NCBI RefSeq assembly: GCF_030144855.1
Contig: NC_082710.1
Location: 144,398,001 to 144,462,000, forward strand
Length of the DNA stretch: 64,000 bases
DNA from: Hypanus sabinus
Taxonomy: Eukaryota
Reading direction: 5' to 3'
This document shows, one piece after another, positions 42,080 to 53,539 of this stretch. A program made the position numbers and the translations under genes. Within the stretch, counting starts at the first letter, position 1. Every line of letters starts with the position of its first letter. The notes under the pieces were generated by a model. The model did no database searches. It was not told the DNA's origin and was given only the letters and a program-made list of their open reading frames with translations.

Positions 42080-43380
42080 TGTCATTGAGTACTACAGCAC
42101 TGGACTAGATGGGCCAAAAGGCCTGGTTCTGTGCTTACTGTTATTCTGCCTAGTCATATTGACCCACACTGGCACCTTAGCCCTTCATACCCTCCCAACA
42201 CATATCTATCCAAACTTCTCTTAAAAGTTGCAGCCAAACCCACATCCACCAATTCCACCTGCAGCTCATTCCACACTTGCATCACCCTCTGAGTGAGAGG
42301 TTTTCCTCTGGTCCCCCTTAAATATTTCTCTTTTCACTCTTAACCTATGACCTCCAGATTTAGTCTCACCCAACCTCAGCAGAAATAGCCTGTTTGCATT
42401 TACACTACAGTATCAATACCCCTCATAATTTTGTATATCTGTCAAATCTTCTCTGAGTTTCCTACACTCCAGGGAGAAAGTACTAACCTACTTAACCTTT
42501 CCCCATACTGTAATTCAGGTCCTTAAATCTCAGCAACGTCCTTGTAAATTTTCACAGTACTCTTTCAATCCATTGATATCTTTCCTGTGGGTAGGTGACT
42601 AGAACTGGACACAACACTCCAAATTTGGCCTCATCAAATCAAAAAATTATATACAATTCAAAATAATATCTCAACTCCTGTACTCAATAGTCCGATTTTT
42701 GAAGGCCAATGTGTCAAAAGCTCTCCTTATGTCCTTTCTACCTGTGAATCTACTTTCAAGAGATTATGGATCCGTATTCCAGATCTCTTGGTTCAACCAC
42801 AATCCTCAGTGCCCTACCATTCACTGTGTAAGTCTCGTCCTAGTCTCTCCTTCCAAAGTGCAACACCTCATTCTTTTCTGCATCCATCAACCCATCAGCT
42901 GGTTCAGATCCTGCCGCAAGCTTTGATAGCCTTCCTCAATGCCTACTGCACCAACAATCTTGATGTCATCCACAAATTTTCAGATCCATTTTACCACATT
43001 ATTATCTAGATCATTGATGCAGATGACAATAAACAATTGATTCAGCACCAATCCCATGGCAAACCAATAGTCGCAGGTCTCCAGTCGGGGAGGCAACCTT
43101 CTATTACCACTCTGTGGCCTATCCCATGAAGACAAGGTCTGATTCAGTTTACTACCTCATCTTGAATGCCAAACAATTGTACCTTCTTGACCAACCTCCC
43201 ATGTGGGATCTTGTCAAAGACCTTGTAGACAATATCCACTGCCTTGTATTCATCAACTTTCCAAGCAACTTCCTCAAAAAGCCCTAAGATCGGTTAGACT
43301 TAAACTACCATGCACAAAGCCATGTTGATTATCCCTTATTAGTCCTTGTCTATCCTGATACTGTGTTTATATATCCGGTC
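42080..43380 (-). mobile_element. CR1 LINE fragment (decayed reverse transcriptase to 3' end)
   Basis: Reverse-strand CR1 hallmarks: tggacacaacactccaaatttggcctca (RP.LEYCVQFW-like), gtcatccacaaattt (KFADD-like) and accatgcacaaagccatg. Confidence 0.8.
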
Positions 43381-43409
43381 CTTTATGGAGGTTTACTTAC
43401 ATATCCAGA

Positions 43410-43750
43410 ACTTTATGGGGGTTTACTAAATTATGAGGGGCATAGATAGAGTAGATGGTTGTAATGTCTTTTCCCCTCAACGGTAGGGAACTCTAGGACT
43501 GGGAGTGAGAGTCGTAAGTGAGACTGTATGTACACTTCTTTTCAAACACAGGATGGGAATATTTGGAATGAGCTGCCAGAGGAGATAGTGCAGGCAGATA
43601 CGATTATGATGATTAAAGAGTATTTGTACAGGTACAGGGAGGGTGTGGAGAGATATGGACCAAATGCAGGCAATTGAGAATAGTCTAGGTAGATATTGCC
43701 ATCTGCATGGATGAAGTAGTCTGTAAGAATCCACTTCTGTACTCTACTTT
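43410..43750 (+). mobile_element. CR1 LINE 3' fragment
   Basis: aaattatgaggggcatagatagagtagatgg..tggaatgagctgccagaggag.. followed by a CR1 tail. Confidence 0.7.
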
Positions 43751-44395
43751 ATTACGATTCAATGTTTGGTTGAGCAGGAAAAGAGAGCTACTGCTACTGG
43801 GGAGGAGGTGAAGAACCAAACTCAAAATGTTAGGTACAGCTTGTTCCTCCCTGCCACAAGATTTCTGAATGGTTCATGAACCCATGAACACTACCTCATT
43901 ATTCCTCTTTTGAACTTTTTTACTAACATTTTTATGTCCTGCACTGTTCTGCTGCTGCCAACGCAACCAATTTCACAACATATGTTCATGATAATAAACC
44001 TGATTCTGATTCTGATTAAAACAACTACCAGATCAGCTACAATCATATTGAATGGGTGAGTAGGCTCTCAAGGGATTGCATGGCTAATCCTACTTCTGTG
44101 TTCTCAATTAAGAGGTAACCAGATGAATAAGTAATAGTTATAACACTTGGAGCTTGCTGTGAACAAATAATTGAAATGGAACTGAAAAATTCTGGAAGTG
44201 CTCAGCATGTCAGGCAGCATTTATGGAGAGAGAAACAGTGTTTACATTTAAGGGTCAACGGCTTTTGTTTTGGCTCAACCTGATTCTTAAATTTTATGAA
44301 TTCAGGTAAAGCTGCAATGTACAGTTTTGCTTAAGATCTTTTTGACAGTTAATCATATGCCATGTTCTTATTGCCATCTGCAGTTTTTATCCCAA

Positions 44396-45370
44396 GTTCA
44401 GTTCAGAATCAGAATCAGGTTTATTATTACCAGCATGTGTCGTGAAATTTGTTAACTTAGCAACAGCAGTTCAATGCAATACATAATATTGAAGAGGAAA
44501 ATAATAACAATAATAATAATAATGAATAAGTAAATCAATTGCAGTATACGTATATTTAATAGGTTAAAACAATGCAAAAACAGAAATACGAGGGGAGATT
44601 GATATGTTCGTGACCTAAGGTAGGAGTCAATTTTAGAAAACCTAGCACATTTATTTTTCAACATAGTCCCCTCCTACATTTACACACTTAGTCCAGCGGT
44701 CTTGGAGCATACGGATCTTGGACCTCCAGGAAGTGTCCACAGAAGGGGTGATTGATAAGTTTGTGGCCTAAGGTAGAAGGAGATGAGTTATTCAGCTCTC
44801 GTTACATGCACCTGCAGTTCAACTCTTTGAGTGATTATGCAGGAAGTTTGAAGTTAATAACACTTCAGGGGTGATTGATAAGTTCTTGGCCTAAGGTAGA
44901 AGGTGATAAGTTATTAACGTCAAACTTTCTGCACAATCACTCAAAGAGTTGAACTGCATGTGCATGTAATGCGAGCTATATAACTCATCTCCTTCTACCT
45001 TAGGCCACGAACTTACCAATCACCCATCTGTGGACACTTTCTGGGGGTGCAAGATCCGTATGCTCCACGACCGCTGGACTAAGTGTGTAAATGTAGGAGG
45101 GGACTATGTTGAAAAATAAATGTGCTAGGTTTTCTAAAATTGACTCCTTTTACCTTACGCCATGAACATATCAGTCATCCCTTGTAATATATATTAAAAA
45201 TGTGAGGTAGTGTCCATGGGTTCAATGTACATTTAGGGATTGCATGGCAGAGGGGAAGAAGCTGTTCCTGAATCGCTGAGTGTCTACCTTCAGGCTACTG
45301 TACCTTGAAAAGAGGGTATGCCGTGGGTGCTGGAGTCCTTAATAATGGTGGCTGTCTTTCAGAGACAGCA
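44396..45370 (-). mobile_element. Rex1/L2-like LINE 3' end, interrupted by the mariner fold-back element
   Basis: (agaatc)n tail with gtttattatt, and gggaagaagctgttcctgaatc on the far side of the insertion. Confidence 0.65.
44589..45184. mobile_element. Palindromic mariner-derived non-autonomous (fold-back/MITE) element
   Basis: Flanked by TA on both sides (44587-88, 45185-86). Arms 44589-44861 and 44910-45184 are reverse complements. The right arm encodes the mariner transposase C-terminus IRMLHDRWTKCVNVGGDYVEK* (45054-45119), mirrored in the left arm. Confidence 0.9.
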
Positions 45371-45616
45371 AGAAGCAAGCACCTTTTTAAAACAATTATT
45401 CTGTTCTGACAAATATTCTGTTCCTCTCTCCACAAATACTTTGTAATTCCTCAGTTCACTGTTTTGATATTTTCACTATCTGTAATTTTAATTTTAAATG
45501 TACAAACACATGACCTTCTACAACGCAAAACATTGACAATTCCTTCCTCCCACAGATGCTGCTTGGCCCATTGAGTTCCTACAGCAGAGCAGCATAGGAG
45601 CAGAGTGAGGCCATTG

Positions 45617-46355
45617 AAAGTTCAAAGTAAATTTTATTATCAAAGAACAGACATGTCACTATATGCAACCCTGAGATTCATTTTCCTGCTGGCACACTCA
45701 GCAGATCTATAGACTGGCAGCTATAACAGAATCAATAAAAGTTCAACCAGAGTGCAGAAGACAACAAACTGTGCAAATTCAAATAGAAATAAATAGCAAT
45801 AAATAACTAGAACATGAGATAATGAGATAAAGAGTCATTGAAAGTGAGATTCTTGGTTGTGAGAACATTTCAATCATGGAGCAAGTGAAGTTGAGTTATC
45901 TCCTGTTCTTCAAGAGTCTGGTGGTTGAGGAGTAGTAACTGTTTTTGAACCTGGTGAGGCTCTCGTACTTTCTACCTGACCGCAACAGCGAGAAGAGAAC
46001 CTGACCCGGGTGGCGGGGATCTCTGATGATGGATGCTGCTTTCCTACGACAGCGTTTAATGCAGATGCGCTCAGTAGTGGGGAGGGCTTTACCCGTGATG
46101 GATTGGGTCATATCCACTATTTTTTGTAGGATTTTCTGTTCAAAGGCATTGGAGTTTCCATACCAGGCTGTGACACTCTGCACTGCACATCTATAGAAGT
46201 TTGTTATAAGTTTTAGATGTCATGCCGAATCTGCGCAAACTCTTAGGAAGTAGCAGCGCAGCAATTGCACTTATGTGCTGGGTTTAGGACAGGTCCACTA
46301 AAATACTAACACCCAGGAATTTGAAGTTGTTAACCCTTTGCACCTCTGATGAGGC
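45617..46355 (-). mobile_element. Rex1/Babar-like LINE 3' fragment
   Basis: ORF fragment VTAWYGNSNA..QSITGKALP..RRKAASIIRDPRHPG..LFSLLRSGRKY..TRFKNSYY. Confidence 0.8.
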
Positions 46356-46529
46356 TCGGCTCTTCCTCTATAATACTGTACAAGATTGACCAGGCAGTTT
46401 AAGTATTTTAAATGCTGTGATGTTCAGAGCGTCTGACTAAGGACGTGCAGGGTGTTAGAGGAATGCAGACATCTGCCTATCCCACACTGACAACTTAAGT
46501 GACACTGCTCAGCACCGTGGCTGGGCATG

Positions 46530-46621
46530 GGGGGGTGGGGGGGGGGCGGAGGCATGCCGGTGGATGCTGATTGGCCTAAGTGCCCACGTGACTCTGTCGG
46601 AAGGTAAAAGGTCAGCCGGCA
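46530..46621 (+). promoter_or_regulatory. Housekeeping-type promoter (GC-box, CCAAT, E-box, ETS)
   Basis: GGGGCGG at about 46543, GATTGG at about 46569, CACGTGAC at about 46585 and CGGAAG at about 46598, all immediately before ATGATGGCG in a CpG-rich patch within repeat-rich DNA. Confidence 0.65.
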
Positions 46622-46678
46622 ATGATGGCGACGTTCAGAGGCAGGGTTGTTTTGCGGCGCGCAGTCTTTGCGTTGAAG
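46622..46678 (+). CDS. pcca: Probable first coding exon of propionyl-CoA carboxylase alpha chain (mitochondrial targeting peptide)
   Basis: MMATFRGRVVLRRAVFALK is Arg-rich and lacks acidic residues. It ends AAG|GTGAGG (phase 0), and as I recall human PCCA exon 1 also ends in ..LK. PCCA follows ZIC2 on the same strand in human. No downstream exons were identified in the window. Confidence 0.6.
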
Positions 46679-47040
46679 GTGAGGAGTCGTGGGAGGCGGT
46701 GGGTACGATGTGGGGAGTGGGAGGTGTTACCGTCTGCGTTACCGCGTCAGCTGCATCAGGAGCCTAGGTCCTTGCGTGCAGGAACGGCGTCTGGGCCCGT
46801 TGCTAGGGGATGCTGCGCCTGCCGCCTAGGGTGGAAAAAGGTCATGACCGGTTATTAGGTGACCTTCCCCACTCACTGTTGCAGTGTAGAACTTCCTATC
46901 TTCCATGCCCCTAATTCCACAGGGGAACAGGACGACATTAGGGTCGACGGAGTGAGGAAATATGATTTGAAGACAGACAGAGGGAAGGATGCACTAGGTT
47001 TGGAGGATGGGGAAGCACTAGGGACATTAGAGTGAGGGGG

Positions 47041-47160
47041 GGTCACTGGCCTTGGGGGAGGAAGCGAGGGGAGCACTGGGCTTGGGGGAGGAAGCGAGGG
47101 TGGCAGTGGGGTTGGGGGAGGGAGTGAGGGCAGCACCGGAGTTGGCTGAGGGTGGGTGGC
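47041..47160 (+). repeat. G-rich 30-bp minisatellite (4 units)
   Basis: Units such as gagcactgggcttgggggaggaagcgaggg start at 47041, 47071, 47101 and 47131. Confidence 0.8.
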
Positions 47161-47639
47161 TAAACAGGATTGGGCCATGCGTGGAGTGTGCATTGTGACT
47201 GTGAGGAAGGTGTGTAGCACTGTGGGAGTTGACGAGGAACGAGTGTAGGACTGGCATTCCTGCGCTGCGGAAATGCAGTATTACCAAGAGCGTGTCATTG
47301 CAGGAGGAGCAGTTAAGTAGGAGTGCCGCACTGAGGGTCACTCGGAAGTGCAGTATTACAGAAGGGGCAGTGGACAGGGAGAAGTAAACTATCAGGAGGG
47401 AATGTAGCATTGCAAAGGGGGGAGCGGTTGCATAATGGAGAGAGCGCTATGCTGATGGAGGTGGCTGGCTGTGAGATGAGTTGGTGACAGACCCTGTATG
47501 CTCAATTGGATGTTAAAGCCAACGTCAAGTTTATCTTGTGCATTAATACAAGTATGTACAGGCGCAATGAAAAACTTATTTGCAGCAGCCTTCCAGGTAC
47601 ATAGCATATAAACAGCACTGAAAAGAAAATTAGCAGAAA

Positions 47640-49690
47640 AGAACATGGATAGACATGGACTGATTAGGGATAGTCAAGATGGCTTCGTGCGTGGTAGGTC
47701 GTGTCTAAACAATCTTATAGAGTTTCTCGTGGAAGTTACCAGGAAAGTTGATGAAGGCAAGGTTGCAGATGTTGTCTACATGGACTTCAGCAAGGCATTT
47801 GACAAGTAGATGGTTGCCTCTCTGATTGGAGGCCTGTGACTAATGGAGTGCTGCACTTCAGGGATCTGTACAGGGTCAATTGTTTGTAATTTATATCAAT
47901 GATCTAGATGTTACTGAGGTTAACTGGATCAGCAAATTTATGGATGACATCAAGATTGGGTGTGCAGTGGATAGTGAGGAAGACTTATGGCTAGCAGTAG
48001 GATCTGAGCCGGTTGAAAAAATGGGCTGAGAAATGGCAGATGGGATTTAATTCAGACAAGTGTGAGGTCTGGCATTTTGGTAGGACCAACCAATGTTGGT
48101 CTTACACAGTGAATGGTAGGGCATTGAGGAGTGTTCTAGAACAAAGGGATTTGAGAATTTAGAAAGCGGATTCGCAGGTAGATAGGGTCGTAAAGAAAGC
48201 TTTTGGTGTATTGGCCTTCATGAGTCAAAGTATTGAGTACAGGAGACTGGAATGTTATGTTGAAGTTGTTTATATTGGTGAGGCCTACGTTGGAGTATTC
48301 TGTGCATTTTCGGTCACCCACCTGTAAGAAGAGTGCAATTTACAGGATGTTACCATGTCTAGAGGACCTGAGCTACAGTAGCATGCAAAAGTTTGGGCAC
48401 CCCTGGTCAAAATTTCTGTTACTGTGAATAGCTAAGCAAGTAAAAGATGCCAAAAGGCATAAAGTTAAAGATGACACATTTCTTTAATATTTTAAGCAAG
48501 ATTACTTTTTTATTTCCATCTTTTACATTTTCAAAATAACAAAAAAGGAAAAGGGCCAGAAGCAAAAGTTTGGCCACCTTGCATGGCAGTACTTTGGCAA
48601 GTTTCACAGCTTATAAATGCTTTTTGTAGCTGGCTAAGAACCTTTCAGTTCTTGTTTCGGGGGTTTTCGCCCATTCTTCCTTGCAAAAGGCTTCTAGTTC
48701 TGTGAGATTCTTGGGCTGTCTTGCATGCACTGCTCTTTTGAGGTCTGTCCACAGATTCTCAATGATGTTTATGTCAGGGGCTGTGAGGGCCACGGCAAAA
48801 CCTTCAGCTCGCGCCTCTTGAGGTAGTCCGTTGTGGATTTTGAGGTGTGTTTAGGATCATTATCCTGTTGTAGAAGCCATTCTCTTTTCATCTTGAGCTT
48901 TTTTCAGACGATGTGATGTTTGCTTCCAGAATTTGCTGGTATTAATTGAATTCATTCTTCCCTCTACCAGTATATGTTCCCCATGCCACTGGCTGCAACA
49001 AAAGCCCAAAGCATGATCGATCCACCCCCGTGCTTAACATTTGGAGAACTGTTCTTTTCATGTTGTGCCTTTTTTCTCCAAACATACCTTTGCTGATTGC
49101 AGCCAAAAAGTTCTGTTTTAACTTCATTAGTGCACAGGACTTGTTTCCAAAATGCATCAGGCTTGTTTAGATGTTCCTTTGAACTTTTTGAATAGAACTT
49201 TTTAACTATTCACAGTAACAGAAATTTTGACCAGGTGTGCCCAAACTTTTGCATGCCATTGTATATGGAAAGATTGAATAGATTAGGGTTTTATTCTGAG
49301 GGACATAAAAGATTGAGGGGAGTTTCGATAGAGGTATACAGAATTATGGAAGGAGGGTGTCAATAGGGTTTTTCAAGCAAGGTTTTTCCACTGAGGTAGG
49401 GTGGGCCAATGAGAGGTCATGGCTTAAGGGTGAAAGGTGGAAAGTTTAAGGGGAACATGAGGCGAATCTTCTTCACTCAGAGGGTCATGAGAGTGTGGAA
49501 TGAGCTGCCAGTGTGCCAGTGCAAGTGGTGCATGTGAACTCAATTTCAACATTTAAGAAGTTTGGATAGGTACATGGATGTTAGGGGTTTGGAGGGCTGT
49601 GGTATCCTAGTGCAGGTTGATGGGAGTAGGCAGTTTAAATGGTTCAGCACAGACCAGATGGGTCACTTTCTATTATCCTATGACTGTAAA
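47640..49690 (+). mobile_element. CR1 LINE (decayed reverse transcriptase to 3' end), split by a Tc1 insertion
   Basis: gatgttgtctacatggacttcagcaaggcatttgacaag (DVVYMDFSKAFDK) and LVRPTLEYSVHF; the sequence resumes after 49263. Confidence 0.85.
48376..49261 (-). mobile_element. Internally deleted Tc1-like DNA transposon
   Basis: TA target duplication (48374-75, 49262-63), about 60-bp terminal inverted repeats CAGTAGCATGCAAAAGTTTGGGCAC.., and a transposase remnant [36 protein letters not shown]. Confidence 0.92.
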
Positions 49691-50363
49691 CGTAAATTGT
49701 ACGCAAACTTTACAAAAAAGAACATCAAGTTCCTCCAGCCTCAGATGCCTTCAGACCACAAATTACGTGACCTCTAGCTCTAGCCTGGACCTCAGCTGCC
49801 AGCACCTCCAACTCCAGGCTAAGACCTTCCTTGCTGCCACTGGGTCCCTGGTTTCCTTGTCCCACTACCACTCTCTATCCTTTGGTCTTTCAGGCTCCAC
49901 TGTCACCTCTTTCAGGTCCTTGGAGCTTCTATCTTCCTCCCATCCTACCTTTCTAACCCTCTCCACTCTGCTAAAGCCTCCAACTTTCCTCCCCCTTTTA
50001 ATCCCAACTCTAATTGCTGCCATGTGTCTTCAGTGTTCCCACTGACCTTGCACCCCACGTCCCTGCAGAGGAAGAGCGTTCTGTCCCCTTTGTCTGTACC
50101 TCAGTGAGTTCTGTACCTGGCATGATGCCAAGCTCTTCTTCTGTTGCCCTGTCTCCAAGACCACTTCTTCACCTAGAAATCCCCAGCCCACACATATTAT
50201 TCCTTCTCCTATCTCCAACCCTCCCCATCTTCCTGGACACCCTGTGCTGGTTCTCTGCCTGTCCTAGGATCTTCTAGTTGTTGATGATACATTATCCGGC
50301 TCAATTTCAGCACTCCACACTCCTTGAGCCTTGCACCCTCTGAACACACGGCCCTCCACTCTG

Positions 50364-51065
50364 GTTTCAAAGGTACATTTCATGTCAGAGAAATGTATAC
50401 AATATACATCCTGAAATGCTTTTTCTTCACAACCATCCACAAAAACAGGAGTGCCCCCAAAGAATGAATGACAGCCAAATGTTAGAACCTCAAAGTCCCC
50501 CCCCCCCACCGCATGTAAGCGGCAGTACACAACTATCCCCCTCCCCCCACTGGCAAAAAAAAAGCATTGGCACCTGCCACCGAGCATTCAAGTGTGAGCA
50601 AAGCAACAGCAGTTGCCCCAAAGATATAGCGTTTCACCTGGTATTTGACATACCACAAGCTCTCTCTCTCCCCCTAATAAGGGAGAAAGAGGTGTCTGTT
50701 TCACAGTGAGGTGGGAAACGTAACAGCAAAAAACTTGCTGGTTTACGATGTTAAAAGTTCATTGCATCGCTTTTTCTGAGCTCTGTGCCCAAAGATCTCG
50801 CATCTCTGGCACACAGCCTTAGGTCTTCCAGAGCCATGAAATCTTGGTACTCCAAGAGCGAGCAAAGCTCTTAGTCCGAGCCCTTGGCATGCCGAATAGT
50901 GGCCATTTGTGAAACCCCGAGAGTAGGTCCCATTCCCGCAAAGCACCATAGTCAGCGTGTAACTCCAGGTCAGGGTCTTCAAAAGAACCCTGAAAGGGAA
51001 AAATAGAGAGATTAAAGATGCAAGTAAAGGAGTCGCCGTTAGGCGCCATTAATCCTCCTAAGCTC
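50364..51065 (-). mobile_element. SINE-like / LINE-tail insertion inside the Penelope element
   Basis: Non-Penelope sequence with a LINE-type tail (ttcaaaggtacatttcatgtcag..). Possible CTCTG duplication at 50359-63 and 51066-70. The Penelope sequence resumes afterwards. Confidence 0.55.
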
Positions 51066-51743
51066 CTCTGTCCACAGCGATCTAGCTTTACCTTCAAACC
51101 CACAGTCAAAGGGGGCTCTGTTATAGTCTGCTGGACTGACCTCTACCTTGCTGAGGCTGGGTGTCAGCTCTTAGACACCACCTCTTGCCTAATCCTTGAA
51201 GAGAATCCCACTCTGGACCATCAGAAAACTGTCCCTGACACCTCATCAACTCTGGAGAACTCACATCCACTGCCACTAAACTCATACTTTCCTTGCCCCG
51301 CACTGCTCACTTCTATCTCCATTTCAAGACTCACAAAACTAACTCTCCAGGTAGGCCCATTGTCTCTGCCTGCTCCTGCCCCACTGAACTTGTGTCTTTG
51401 TACCTCTACTCCATTCTATACTGCTTGGTTTAGTCCCTCAATTACATCTAAGGCAATCTCCTCACTAACTTTCATTTCCCTAGCCCTGACTGCCTCATTT
51501 TCACCAGAGATGTCCAGTTCTTATGCACCTCTAATTGCCAACAAGAAAGCCTTAATGCTGTCTGCTTTCTCAATAAATTAACCAACCAGTTCCTCTCCAC
51601 CACCACCTTCCTCCATCAGGTAGAACTGGTCCTCAAATTTAATAGGTTTTCCTACATCTCCTCCCATTTTCTCCAAACTTGAGGGGTAACCACAGACACC
51701 TGTGTGGGGCCCCAGCTATGCCTGCCTTTTGGTTGGCTATGTA

Positions 51744-53539
51744 CAAACCCCATTTCCAGAAAAGTTGGGATGTTTTCCAAAATGCAATAAAAACAAAAAT
51801 CTGTGATATGTTAATTCACATGAACCTTTATTTAACTGACAAAAGTACAAAGAAAAGATTTTCAATAGGTTTACTGGCCAACTTAATTGTATTTTGTAAA
51901 TATACTCAAATTTAGAATTTGATGGCTGCAACACACTCAACAAAAGTTGTACAGAGGCATGTTTACCATTGTGTTACATCACCTTTCCTTTTAATAACAC
52001 TTTATAATCGTTTTGGAACTGAGGATAATAGTTGTAGTAGACTTGCAATTGGAAATTTTGTCCATTCTTGCTTGATATAAGACTTCAGCTGCTCAACAGT
52101 CCGTGGTCTCCGTTGTCTGATTCCCCTCTTCATGATATGCCATACATTTTCAATAGGAGATAGATCTGGACTGGCAGCAGGCCAGTCAAGCACACGCACT
52201 CTGTGTCTACAAAGCCACGCTGTTGTAGCCCATGCAGAATGTGGTCTGGCATTGTCCTGTTGAAATAAGCATGGATGTCCTGGGAAGAGACGTCACCTTG
52301 ATGGCAACATTTGTCTCTCTAAAATTCTAATGTACGCCTCAGAGTCAATGGTATCTTCACAAACGTGCAACTCACCCATGCCGCGGGCACTGATGCACTC
52401 CCATACCATTACAGATGCTTGCTTTTGCACCTTTCACTGATAACAATCAGGATGGTTGTTTTCATCTTTGGCACGGAGAACTCGACACCCGTTTTTTCTG
52501 AAAACTAGCTGAAATGTGGACTCATCTGACCACAGCACACGGTTCCACAATCTTTCAGTCCATCTGAGATGAGGTCGGGCCCAGAGAACTCACTGGCGTT
52601 TCTGCATAGAGTTGATGTATGGCTTCCTCCTTGCCTAATACAGTTTCAAGTTGCATTTCTGGACTGTGTTAAGTGACAATGGTTTTCTGAAGTACTCCCG
52701 AGCCCAGGTGGCTATAATTGTCACAGTAGCATGACGATTCCTTAGGCAGTGACACCTGAGGGCTCGAAGATCACGCGCATTCAACAGTGGTTTCCGACCT
52801 TTGTAGCGGTGTGCTACACGCAGCGCTAAAATTACGACACGGAGTCGGTAACTGCAGTCGAAGGAAAAACTTTATTCGAAATCCTCAGCCTCACTTTTAA
52901 GCCTCTCTCAACCTGCCCCCCGTGGTGCAGAGGCTCCAAAGCTCTGTGTTCGCAAACCCCCGTAGGCTATCTAATTGTGAGCCGGTTCGGATGTGCCAGG
53001 AAATGGGTCGCCACACCTTGCCCTTTACGCACTGAGATGTTTCTGAATTCTCTGAATCTTTTCACAATATTATGTACTGTAGATGTTGAAAGACCTAAAT
53101 TCTCTGCAATCTTGCGATGAGATATGTTCCTTTTGAACTGACTAACAATTCTCTCACGAATTTTGGCACAAAGCGGTGAACCACAACCCATCCTTGCTTG
53201 CAAAGACTGAGCCTTTGATGGACGCTACTTTTATACCCAGTCACGATACCCCGCCTGCTTAATGTGAAATCTCTCAAACTGGTGTTACTTGAATATTCTG
53301 TGTATTTTTCAATCTTATTTTAACTTTGTGTCCCAACTTTTGTTTAGTGTGTTGCAGCCATCAAATTCTAAATTTGTGTATATTTACAAAATACAATTAA
53401 GTTGGTCAGTAAAACTATTGAAAATCTTTTCTTTGTACTTTTGTCAGTTAAATAAAGGTTCATGTGAATTAACATATCACAGATTTTTGTTTTTATTGCA
53501 TTTTGGAAAATATCCCAACTTTTCTGGAAATGGGGTTTG
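51744..53539 (-). mobile_element. Tc1-like DNA transposon with about 210-bp terminal inverted repeats and a pseudogenised transposase
   Basis: TA target duplication (51742-43, 53540-41) and near-identical inverted repeats CAAACCCCATTTCCAGAAAAGTTGGGA... Transposase remnants include the HTH region RKIAENLGLSTSTVHNIVKRF and the DDE end WPAASPDLSPIENVW. Confidence 0.95.
52802..53015 (-). mobile_element. Solo LTR (Gypsy-like) inserted in the Tc1 transposase
   Basis: TGTAGCG...CGCCACA termini, 4-bp duplication CCTT (52798-801, 53016-19) and AATAAA on the minus strand at 52871-76. Confidence 0.85.

Noticed and set aside
44589-45184. CRISPR-like repeat-spacer appearance
   Set aside because: The repeats are transposon terminal motifs in both orientations, in eukaryotic DNA with no cas genes.
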